Positions 10,382 through 18,320 of a DNA stretch of 64,000 bases are shown piece by piece. The notes beneath the pieces are model-generated. The model was not told where the DNA came from. It saw only the letters and a program-made list of their open reading frames with translations, and ran no database searches. The translations under genes and the position numbers were made by a program. Origin of the DNA: Bacteroidales bacterium (GTDB lineage Bacteria > Bacteroidota > Bacteroidia > Bacteroidales > VadinHA17); the NCBI GenBank assembly GCA_036261255.1, contig DATALD010000051.1, forward strand, positions 2,575 through 66,574, given 5' to 3'. Position 1 is the first letter of the stretch. Each line of letters begins with the position of its first letter.

Positions 10382-10957
10382 TTGAAAGCAAAAGCCTCAA
10401 AACCTGCAGAAAGGATCATATTAGGTATTGACCCGGGTACCAGTATAACTGGTTATGGTGTAATAAAATGCTGTGGAAATAATCCCGAGCTTATAACAAT
10501 CGGTTCTATCAACCTGTCGAAATACGACGATCATTATCTTAAACTCAGGCATATCTTCGAACGTATTACAGGCATTATTGAAGAGTATGATCCTGATGAG
10601 CTTGCAATAGAGGCTCCCTTTTATGGTAAAAACGTTCAATCAATGCTTAAGCTTGGAAGGGCGCAGGGGGCAGCTATTTGTGCAGCTTTATCAAGATCAG
10701 TTCCGATTTTTGAATATGCACCCAGGAAAATAAAGATGTCAATTACCGGGCAGGGAGCAGCTACAAAAGAGCAGGTTGCGCAGATGCTCATGAGGATCCT
10801 AAAATTCAGTCTCACTGAATTCCCTCTTGATGCAACAGATGGGCTTGCTGCTGCCTTATGCCACTACTATCAGTCATATAAACCTGACTCGGGCAAACAG
10901 TATAACAGCTGGAAGGATTTCATGAATAAGAATCCGAAGAGAATCAGGCAGGGTTGA
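10382..10957 (+). CDS. ruvC: Crossover junction endodeoxyribonuclease RuvC
   Basis: ILGIDPGTSITGYGVI.., LAIEAPFYGKNVQSMLKLGRAQGA and DATDGLAAALCH. The start is a TTG in the ORF track, so the exact start is uncertain. Confidence 0.9.
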   Translation: MKAKASKPAERIILGIDPGTSITGYGVIKCCGNNPELITIGSINLSKYDDHYLKLRHIFERITGIIEEYDPDELAIEAPFYGKNVQSMLKLGRAQGAAICAALSRSVPIFEYAPRKIKMSITGQGAATKEQVAQMLMRILKFSLTEFPLDATDGLAAALCHYYQSYKPDSGKQYNSWKDFMNKNPKRIRQG

Positions 10958-10958
10958 G

Positions 10959-11660
10959 CTACATCACAGCATAAGCAAGTGCGGCAACGCTTACCTTGAC
11001 ATTTTCTGCTTTCAAAAGCTCATTTGCACATGCTTCCAATGTTGAGCCTGTTGTAATAACATCATCAACAAGCAGTATATGTTTACCTTTTATGCTTCCT
11101 ACATCATTAACCTGAAATATACCTTCTACATTTATCCATCGGCTAAATCGCGACTTCTTAGTCTGCGTTTTGGTTCTAGATGACCTTACAAGAATTTTTG
11201 TAAAAACAGGTAATCCAGTCCCTTCAGAAATCCCTCCTGCAATGAGCTCACTTTGATTAAACCCACGTGACCTTTGGCGGGAAGGGTGAAGCGGGACTGG
11301 AATTATTATGTCAATACCTGATGTGAATCCTGACTGTGACAGAATAGATCCATACATCTTCCCCATCTCAATCCCTATCTCTGTTATTCCTTTATATTTA
11401 AGATTATGAATAAGAGACTGCATACGGCTGCCACTGCTGAAACCTGAATAAGCCGCGGCTCTTTCAATCCGGCATCTTCCCCAGAAAAGCTTGGCTACCT
11501 GGTTTTCAGGCTCATTATGAAAGTTTGTACATGGGATTTCATAAAGACATTCGGTACAAATTACCTTTTCATTTCTCATCAGGTGGTTTCCACATCCGAA
11601 ACAGGTTCGCGGGAAAAGAAGACCTGCAAAATCATCTAACAGATCAACGAACCACATCAT
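10959..11660 (-). CDS. comF: ComF family protein (phosphoribosyltransferase domain)
   Basis: N-terminal Cys-rich zinc finger (CFGCG..CTEC) and C-terminal PRTase motif ILLVDDVITTGSTL. Confidence 0.85.
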   Translation of the reverse strand: MMWFVDLLDDFAGLLFPRTCFGCGNHLMRNEKVICTECLYEIPCTNFHNEPENQVAKLFWGRCRIERAAAYSGFSSGSRMQSLIHNLKYKGITEIGIEMGKMYGSILSQSGFTSGIDIIIPVPLHPSRQRSRGFNQSELIAGGISEGTGLPVFTKILVRSSRTKTQTKKSRFSRWINVEGIFQVNDVGSIKGKHILLVDDVITTGSTLEACANELLKAENVKVSVAALAYAVM

Positions 11661-11670
11661 TTTAGAAGTT

Positions 11671-12066
11671 TTAACTCAGCTTTGCTCTTATATTTTCTGC
11701 AATCTCTTTGAACTCTTCAGGTGTAAGCTTCAATTTAGGATTCCTGAAGTTTGCATCATTAAGATCATTCATGGGAATAAGATGAATATGAGCATGAGGA
11801 ACCTCAAGGCCAAGAACAGCTATGGCGATCCTGTTGCATGGATATGCCTCTTTAATTGCAGCAGAAACCTTTTTTGAAAACAGAATCATCCCCGACAAAA
11901 GACTGTCATCAAGATCAAATAAATAATCAATCTCCTTTTTGGGTACTACCAGGGTATGGCCTTTTTTAAGGGGATTAATATCAAGGAAAGCAAAATAATT
12001 TTCATCCTCGGCTACCTTGTAACAAGGAATTTCGCCGGCAATGATCCTGCTAAAAATTGATGCCAT
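11671..12066 (-). CDS. HIT family (histidine triad) protein
   Basis: MASIFSRIIAGEIPCYKV..D and the histidine triad HAHIHLIP. Confidence 0.9.
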   Translation of the reverse strand: MASIFSRIIAGEIPCYKVAEDENYFAFLDINPLKKGHTLVVPKKEIDYLFDLDDSLLSGMILFSKKVSAAIKEAYPCNRIAIAVLGLEVPHAHIHLIPMNDLNDANFRNPKLKLTPEEFKEIAENIRAKLS

Positions 12067-12081
12067 GATTAACAGATTTAA

Positions 12082-12555
12082 CTATAATGAAATTGATACA
12101 ATTTCAAAAGGAATAACGCCTGACGGAACCTTGATGTTAACAACCTCTCCCACTTTTTTTCCGATAAGTCCCTGTGCTATAGGCGAATTAACAGCAATCT
12201 TACCCTGCTTGAAGTTAGCTTCACTCTCTGGTACAAGCTGATACTCCATAGTGGAGTTATTTGCTTTGTTTTTAATTTTTACTTTACTGAGTATTCTTAT
12301 AGTGAGAGTATCAATCTTTGATTCATCGATTACCCTTGAACGCGCAACAATATCTTCAAGCTTGTTTATTTTAAGTTCAAGCATGCCTTGGGCTTCCTTG
12401 GCAGCTGCATATTCAGCATTCTCTGATAAGTCACCCTTATCTCTGGCTTCAGCTATCTGCTTCGAAATAAGTGGCCGTTCAACATTCCTTAGCTGATCAA
12501 GCTCATCCTTCAGCTTTTGAAGCCCTTCCTCTGTGACATAAACAACATCTGCCAT
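12082..12555 (-). CDS. greA: Transcription elongation factor GreA
   Basis: 157 aa. ..LKDELDQL....RP.I...I..AR..GDLSENAEY.AAKE.Q and a C-terminal SP.A..L.GKKVGE.V block. Confidence 0.95.
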   Translation of the reverse strand: MADVVYVTEEGLQKLKDELDQLRNVERPLISKQIAEARDKGDLSENAEYAAAKEAQGMLELKINKLEDIVARSRVIDESKIDTLTIRILSKVKIKNKANNSTMEYQLVPESEANFKQGKIAVNSPIAQGLIGKKVGEVVNIKVPSGVIPFEIVSISL

Positions 12556-12642
12556 TTTTTTCTCTTATAATTATCAAAAAAAATAAGAAGAATCCCGGTT
12601 ATCCGGAACTCTTCAGTTAAGACGAAATTATGTAATATCCTG

Positions 12643-12650
12643 CAAAGATA
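12643..12650 (-). promoter_or_regulatory. Candidate -7 box (TATCTTTG) for the greA-HIT operon
   Basis: Minus-strand TATCTTTGCAG matches TAnnTTTG, about 88 nt upstream of the greA ATG. Confidence 0.35.
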
Positions 12651-12701
12651 CAAAAAAAATTAATTCAAACCGGGCTATTTTTTCAATAATTCAGTAACGA
12701 G

Positions 12702-13070
12702 TCAACTGTATTTCTTCCGGCCTTTCTTCATTGAAGCCCGCTTATTTTTGCTTTTTTCTTTTTCCCTCTTTGCAAGATCAATTTCATTCTTTTTCATCCT
12801 TGCTTTGACATCTTCAGTTTGAATTTCATAAGTTCGCTTCCGTGATGCTTTCACTGACTTTGCATAATCATTCTTTAGTCTGTCTTGATTCTTTTCCTGC
12901 CTGGCCTTCTCTCCTCTGACAGCTCTTGATTCACGGAAACCTCTTGATTTTACTGACATTTTCCGTTCAACCTTATTTGCAGCTGCCCTCCTTGAAAAAA
13001 CGCTACACGACTCAGCCATTATTAATGACAGGATAATAAACAGGATTGTAATGAACTTTGTTTTTCTCAT
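12702..13070 (-). CDS. Hypothetical Lys/Arg-rich lipoprotein
   Basis: I prefer the internal ATG at 13070 (MRKTKFITILFIILSLIMAESCS, a lipoprotein signal) over the track start at 13157. The mature part is highly basic and low-complexity, and I recognise no family. Confidence 0.5.
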   Translation of the reverse strand: MRKTKFITILFIILSLIMAESCSVFSRRAAANKVERKMSVKSRGFRESRAVRGEKARQEKNQDRLKNDYAKSVKASRKRTYEIQTEDVKARMKKNEIDLAKREKEKSKNKRASMKKGRKKYS

Positions 13071-13144
13071 TTTATAGTCTATAATTTTACCGTTGATAAA
13101 TCGTTTAATAAGGAGGTTATTGTAATTTTGAAAAAAAAACACTA

Positions 13145-13621
13145 GTGATAAAATCAAAAGTATATCTTTTTTTTATACTCTTTGTTGCTTATGTTTCATT
13201 CTCATGCAACAAAGAGAATGATGTAATTCCTGATGTTTATGTTGATTTCTATATTGATATCAACGATGCCAGGTATGTTACAAAACTAAGTTCGATTGGA
13301 GGATCTATTATAGTCAATCAATATACAACTAACGATCCGGATGCTGCAGGTTATGCTGGAAGTGGGATAATTATTGCAGCAGGAACTGATAATGAGTTCT
13401 ATGCTTATGACAGAACTTGTCCAAATGAATATTCGATTGATGGATCAGTTGTTCAGGTGAATATCGATCAAACATTGTTTGCAAAAGCGGTATGCCCGGA
13501 ATGCCAGAGCGCATACGAATTGTTGTCATTTGGAACACCTGCCTCAGGGATCAGTAAATATCCACTGAAAAACTATTCTGCAGATTTTGACGGCAGGTTT
13601 ATTCATGTATGGAATAAATGA
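13145..13621 (+). CDS. Hypothetical lipoprotein, possibly a degenerate Rieske-like fold
   Basis: GTG start and signal LFFILFVAYVSFSCNK. CPNE..(24 aa)..CPECQSAY..YPLKNY..DG.FIHVW resembles Rieske spacing, but both His ligands are replaced. Confidence 0.55.
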   Translation: MIKSKVYLFFILFVAYVSFSCNKENDVIPDVYVDFYIDINDARYVTKLSSIGGSIIVNQYTTNDPDAAGYAGSGIIIAAGTDNEFYAYDRTCPNEYSIDGSVVQVNIDQTLFAKAVCPECQSAYELLSFGTPASGISKYPLKNYSADFDGRFIHVWNK

Positions 13622-13637
13622 TCCTGCCGTCTTTTTT
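13589..13637 (+). terminator. Possible terminator after the lipoprotein gene
   Basis: 9-bp stem gacggcagg / cctgccgtc with a 25-nt loop spanning the stop codon, followed by TTTTTT. The long loop lowers confidence. Confidence 0.4.
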
Positions 13638-13649
13638 CCCTGATGATTG

Positions 13650-15065
13650 TTAATATCTGTAATGTTCAGGTTTGAAAGGTCCTTTTTCGGGAACTCCTAT
13701 ATAATCAGCCTGGTCTTTTGTAAGTTTTGTCAATTTAACACCCAGTTGCTCAAGGTGAAGTCTTGCAACTTCCTCATCGAGATACTTTGGAAGCCTGTAT
13801 ACTCCAACCTCATAAGATTTAGTCCAGAGATCTATCTGAGCAAGTGTCTGGTTACTGAAAGAGTTACTCATTACGAACGATGGATGACCTGTAGCGCAGC
13901 CAAGATTAACAAGCCTGCCCTCGGCAAGGATGAAGATTGCATGACCATCGGGGAAAATATATTTGTCAACCTGCGGTTTTATATTTACCAATGTTATCCC
14001 CTTCATATTGTTAAGCTGATCCATCTGAATCTCATTATCGAAATGACCAATATTGCAGACAATAGCCTGGTCTTTCATTTTCTTCATGTGCTCAAGGGTG
14101 ATAATATCTCTGTTGCCTGTTGCGGTTACGAATATATTCGCCTCACCAAGCGTATCTTCAATTGTTTTCACTTCGAAACCTTCCATTGCAGCCTGCAAAG
14201 CACAAATAGGGTCAATCTCTGTAACGATTACCCTGGCGCCATACGATTTCATCGATCTTGCACATCCTTTACCCACATCGCCATATCCGCAAACGGCTAC
14301 AACTTTACCTGCAATCATAACATCAGTAGCTCTCTTTATCCCGTCAGCAAGCGACTCACGGCAACCATAAAGATTATCGAACTTCGATTTAGTTACTGAG
14401 TCGTTAACGTTTATTGCAGGAACAAGCAGTTCTCCGTTTTCCATCATCTGGTACAACCTGTGCACTCCTGTTGTTGTTTCCTCTGATATTCCCTTCAAAT
14501 CAGCTACAGCCCTTGTCCATTTGCCAGGTTCTTCAACAAGTAGATTCTTCAGTGTTTCAAGGATGATTGCTTCTTCCCTGCTTTCGGGCTTTTTATTAAG
14601 TACATCGGCGTTTTTCTCAGCCCTGTAACCAAGATGAACAAGGAGAGAGGCGTCTCCACCATCGTCAACAATCAGGTCAGGTCCTTTCCCTTCCGGAAAT
14701 GATAAAGCCATTGCAGTGCACCACCAATATTCCTCAAGAGTTTCACCCTTCCAGGCAAATACAGGAATTCCTTTGGCAGCAATTGCAGCGGCAGCATGGT
14801 CCTGTGTTGAAAAGATATTGCAGCTTGCCCATCTTACGTCAGCTCCAAGTTCAGCAAGAGTCTCAATCAGCACAGCAGTCTGAATTGTCATGTGCAATGA
14901 ACCTGTGATCCTTGCCCCCTGAAGAGGTTTTGTTGCTGAATATTTTTTCCTGATAGACAGGAGGCCTGGCATTTCTTTTTCAGCAATTTCAATTTCTTTC
15001 CTTCCGAAATCGGCGAGGCTCATGTCTTTTACTTTATACCTGATTGTTTCAGTCTTAATGCTCAT
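13650..15065 (-). CDS. ahcY: Adenosylhomocysteinase
   Basis: 471 aa. ..[23 protein letters not shown] motif [14 protein letters not shown], and GHFDNEI and [21 protein letters not shown]. Confidence 0.97.
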   Translation of the reverse strand: MSIKTETIRYKVKDMSLADFGRKEIEIAEKEMPGLLSIRKKYSATKPLQGARITGSLHMTIQTAVLIETLAELGADVRWASCNIFSTQDHAAAAIAAKGIPVFAWKGETLEEYWWCTAMALSFPEGKGPDLIVDDGGDASLLVHLGYRAEKNADVLNKKPESREEAIILETLKNLLVEEPGKWTRAVADLKGISEETTTGVHRLYQMMENGELLVPAINVNDSVTKSKFDNLYGCRESLADGIKRATDVMIAGKVVAVCGYGDVGKGCARSMKSYGARVIVTEIDPICALQAAMEGFEVKTIEDTLGEANIFVTATGNRDIITLEHMKKMKDQAIVCNIGHFDNEIQMDQLNNMKGITLVNIKPQVDKYIFPDGHAIFILAEGRLVNLGCATGHPSFVMSNSFSNQTLAQIDLWTKSYEVGVYRLPKYLDEEVARLHLEQLGVKLTKLTKDQADYIGVPEKGPFKPEHYRY

Positions 15066-15084
15066 GTTTAAATAATTTGAACTG

Positions 15085-15092
15085 CAAAGGTA
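15085..15092 (-). promoter_or_regulatory. Candidate -7 box (TACCTTTG) for ahcY
   Basis: Minus-strand TACCTTTGCAG matches TAnnTTTG, 20 nt upstream of the ahcY ATG and abutting the ribF stop. Confidence 0.35.
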
Positions 15093-16031
15093 TTAATTAT
15101 TTGAATTAAGAATATCTGTTGATTGCTGTTTGTCAATCTCCATCTGCCGGGCAAGCTCATTTAGTCCTGGAAATTTTTTTTCGTCTCTTAATCGTGCATA
15201 AAATATGATTTCAATTGTCTTCCCATAGATCTCCCTGTCGAAATCAATAATATACACTTCAATACTCCTCATATTTCTGTCATTGTTTACTGTGGGGTTC
15301 GTGCCAATGCTCAGCATCCCGTTATACAACATGCCTTCGATTAACACCTTTACAGCATAAACACCATTTGCAGGAACAAGCTTATCATCATCACAGGGCT
15401 TTATATTGGCAGTAGGGAAGCCAAATGATCTTCCAATCTTCCTGCCTTCAACAACATTGCCTGACAAGAAATAACGATATCCCAGGAGGTTATTGCCTTC
15501 TTCAATTCGCCCATTAAGTAATTCTGATCTTATTACAGATGAGCTTATTGGCTTACCATCATAGATTATTCCATCGGCCTGTTCAATAATAAGTCCGCTT
15601 GTCACTTGGCATTGTCTTATCCTGTTTATGTCACCTTCTCCGCGTTTTCCAAAGTGGTGATCATAACCCATAATAAGTTGCCTGGCTCCGATTTTCTTCA
15701 TAAGTATCTCACTTACAAAATCGCAGGCTTCCATTTCGCTTAGGTCTTTATTAAAGTCAAGGATTATAAGATGATCAACTCCTGTCGTCTCCAATAAGTT
15801 TATTTTTTCATCAATTGTTGTAAGCAGGGAGAGTTCCCTGTTACGCGGCTCGAGAACATGCCGGGGATGTGGGGAAAAAGTAACAACAACGCTTTCTCCA
15901 CCTGTTTCAACTGCTCTCTTTTTTAATGAGTTAATAAGGGCGATATGACCCTTGTGTACTCCATCGAAAATGCCGAGGGTAACAACAGGTTTAACAAGCG
16001 AGAAAACTTCATATCCTTTGTGAACTATCAT
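15093..16031 (-). CDS. ribF: Bifunctional riboflavin kinase / FMN adenylyltransferase
   Basis: 312 aa. LGIFDGVHKGH, VVTFSPHP, and the C-terminal kinase block GRKIGRSFGFPTANI...GVYA. Confidence 0.93.
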   Translation of the reverse strand: MIVHKGYEVFSLVKPVVTLGIFDGVHKGHIALINSLKKRAVETGGESVVVTFSPHPRHVLEPRNRELSLLTTIDEKINLLETTGVDHLIILDFNKDLSEMEACDFVSEILMKKIGARQLIMGYDHHFGKRGEGDINRIRQCQVTSGLIIEQADGIIYDGKPISSSVIRSELLNGRIEEGNNLLGYRYFLSGNVVEGRKIGRSFGFPTANIKPCDDDKLVPANGVYAVKVLIEGMLYNGMLSIGTNPTVNNDRNMRSIEVYIIDFDREIYGKTIEIIFYARLRDEKKFPGLNELARQMEIDKQQSTDILNSNN

Positions 16032-16129
16032 ACCTAAGTAAATTGATCAAATTTAGCAAAGCCCATGGAAATGAACCTGATTGTGCATTTTTTTTTGTAT
16101 TTTTATATTATCAAATGATTCATCGTGCG

Positions 16130-18151
16130 ATGAGCTTGTCTCCCTTTTACAAAGATGACCCATATCTTGATCCTTTTGTTCCTGTGATCGAAAGAAGAAT
16201 TGACTATTGCATAGCCAAAGAATTACAAGTAGCGGGAAATAGGAGCCTTACCGAATTTGCAATGGGCCATTTTTACTATGGCCTTCACAGGGATGGTGAT
16301 GGATGGATATTCAGGGAGTGGGCGCCAAATGCAACAAGCATGTTCATTACGGGGGATTTTACTGGATGGTCGGATAATGAAAGTTATCAGCTAAAAAGGA
16401 TTAACAAGTATGGTGACTGGGAAATAAAACTGCCGAGGGGAAAATTAAACCATGGTGATCTCTATAAACTTTCGATTCATTGGAATGGAGGAGAGGGCGA
16501 GCGGCTACCATCTTATGCAACTCGTGTTATCCAGGATGATACAACAAAGATATTCAGTGCACAAGTATGGGATCCTCTTTTGAAATATAAATGGAAAGTA
16601 TCGGAATTCCAACCCGGCGATACAGCTCCAATCGTCTATGAAGCTCACATAGGAATGTCGACCGAGGAATGGGGGACGGGAACATATAGTGAATTCACAA
16701 ATAAAATTCTTCCGCGTATTGTAAGAGCCGGGTATAATACAATCCAGCTCATGGCGATACAGGAGCATCCGTTTTATGGTTCGTTTGGTTACCATGTTTC
16801 GAATTTCTTCGCGGTATCTTCAAGATTCGGAACACCTGAAGAACTAAAGGAGCTTGTTGATACGGCGCATAGTGAGGGGATATGTGTAATTATGGACCTG
16901 GTTCATTCACATTCAGTAAAAAACGTGAATGAAGGACTGGGTCTTTTCGATGGTTCACCATCCCAATATTTTCATTCAGATGAAAGAAGATATCATAAAG
17001 CCTGGGATTCTCTTTGCTTCAACTATGGCAAAGACAATGTGTTGCATTTCCTTCTTTCGAACTGCCGGTACTGGCTTGAAGAATACAAATTTGACGGCTT
17101 CAGGTTTGATGGTGTTACAAGTATGATTTACTATGATCATGGGCTTGAAAAGAATTTTACTTCATATTCAGAATATTTCGATGGGAATCAGGATCTGGAT
17201 GCCCTGGCATATCTATACCTTGCCAATAAGCTTATTCATGAATTCAAGCCAGGGGCAAATACCGTTGCAGAGGAAATGAGCGGAATGCCTGGGCTTGCTG
17301 CATCAACAAATCAAAAAGGTTTTGGATTTGATTACAGACTTTCGATGGGGGTTCCTGATCTTTGGATAAAATATGTAAAAGATACACCCGACGAACATTG
17401 GGATGTGGGGAAACTGATGTATGAGCTTACCCAACATCGCCCGGAAGAGAAGATCATATCGTACTGCGAATCTCACGACCAGGCTCTTGTGGGCGATAAA
17501 ACCCTGATATTCCGCATGATGGATGCCGAAATGTATACAGGCATGAGGAAATCAGATCATACTTTGAATGTCGACAGGGGGATAGCTCTTCATAAGATGA
17601 TCCGTCTGATAACCTTCACAACTGCAGGAGGCGGATATCTGAACTTCATGGGTAATGAGTTTGGTCACCCCGAATGGATAGATTTTCCCAGGGAAGGTAA
17701 TAACTGGAGTTACAAATATGCGAGGAGGCAATGGAGCCTTGCAGATAATGAGAATCTTAAATATTTCTATCTTGCCGCTTTCGACAGGAACATGGTAAGT
17801 CTACAGAACAATTACAAGTTGCTTGATAATCCCTGGATTGAAAGGATCTATGAGAATAATGCTGATAAAGTAGTTGCTTTTACACGTGGCGACATGCTTT
17901 TTGTATTCAATTTCAATCCGGCAAATTCATTTACTGACTATGGAATACCGGCTGCTGGTAAGTTCAGCATTATCCTTGATACTGATGACCCTGATTTCGG
18001 AGGGTATGATAGGATAGATAAGTCAAATCTTTATTTCTCGATAAGGAAAGGGAGGAACCTTAGCGCTCCATTATATGTATACCTGTATCTTCCTTCGCGG
18101 ACGGCTATTGTGTTGAAGAGAGAAGCAATCAGAAGAGCCACGGACATCTGA
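16130..18151 (+). CDS. glgB: 1,4-alpha-glucan branching enzyme (GH13, eukaryote-like subfamily)
   Basis: YEAHIGMS, HSHSVKN, GFRFDGVTSMIY, AEEMSGMPG and CESHDQALVGDK blocks. I prefer the ATG at 16130 (MSLSPFYKDDPYL) to the upstream track start at 16043. Confidence 0.9.
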   Translation: MSLSPFYKDDPYLDPFVPVIERRIDYCIAKELQVAGNRSLTEFAMGHFYYGLHRDGDGWIFREWAPNATSMFITGDFTGWSDNESYQLKRINKYGDWEIKLPRGKLNHGDLYKLSIHWNGGEGERLPSYATRVIQDDTTKIFSAQVWDPLLKYKWKVSEFQPGDTAPIVYEAHIGMSTEEWGTGTYSEFTNKILPRIVRAGYNTIQLMAIQEHPFYGSFGYHVSNFFAVSSRFGTPEELKELVDTAHSEGICVIMDLVHSHSVKNVNEGLGLFDGSPSQYFHSDERRYHKAWDSLCFNYGKDNVLHFLLSNCRYWLEEYKFDGFRFDGVTSMIYYDHGLEKNFTSYSEYFDGNQDLDALAYLYLANKLIHEFKPGANTVAEEMSGMPGLAASTNQKGFGFDYRLSMGVPDLWIKYVKDTPDEHWDVGKLMYELTQHRPEEKIISYCESHDQALVGDKTLIFRMMDAEMYTGMRKSDHTLNVDRGIALHKMIRLITFTTAGGGYLNFMGNEFGHPEWIDFPREGNNWSYKYARRQWSLADNENLKYFYLAAFDRNMVSLQNNYKLLDNPWIERIYENNADKVVAFTRGDMLFVFNFNPANSFTDYGIPAAGKFSIILDTDDPDFGGYDRIDKSNLYFSIRKGRNLSAPLYVYLYLPSRTAIVLKREAIRRATDI

Positions 18152-18160
18152 GAGAAGCTG

Positions 18161-18320
18161 CAGAGGCGTTAGAGGCTGTAGAGGCTGAGAGGCGCAGAGC
18201 ATAGGGCGCAGGGCAGAGTGCAAGAAAAGCAGTAGATGCAGTAAAGGCTATAAAGGCTGTAAAGGCACTTCTTCATAACTCTAGTCACTCATAACTCTAG
18301 TCACTCTAGTTCACTCTGGT
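18161..18320. repeat. Compound short tandem repeat tract in the convergent intergenic region
   Basis: Three abutting blocks. AGAGGC occurs 4 times at 8-9 nt period (18162-18193). TAAAGGC occurs 3 times at 9 nt period (18242-18266). CATAACTCTAGTCACT occurs twice perfectly (18274-18305), followed by degenerate copies running up to the stop codon at 18321. Confidence 0.85.

Noticed and set aside
13647-14399. 250-aa plus-strand ORF, together with the 14053-14370 ORF.
   Set aside because: It lies entirely antisense to ahcY, whose identity on the minus strand is unambiguous. The translation is Cys/Phe/Ile-rich low-complexity sequence with no motifs, which is a typical shadow ORF.
15066-15092. SAH riboswitch upstream of ahcY.
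   Set aside because: Only 27 nt separate ahcY from ribF, which is too short for the riboswitch. The space is filled by a candidate -7 box.
16043-16129. Long 5' extensions in the ORF track, here for glgB. The same issue applies to track starts at 13157, 25436, 31848, 43265, 45365, 48204 and 54297.
   Set aside because: The extensions encode hydrophobic junk, overlap upstream genes or regulatory palindromes, and precede internal ATGs where the conserved N-termini of the families begin. I used the shorter starts.
18161-18320. Possible CRISPR array, because of the dense direct repeats.
   Set aside because: The units are only 6-16 nt long and abut one another with no spacers. There is no leader and no cas genes in the window. 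This is a tandem or simple repeat tract, not CRISPR.
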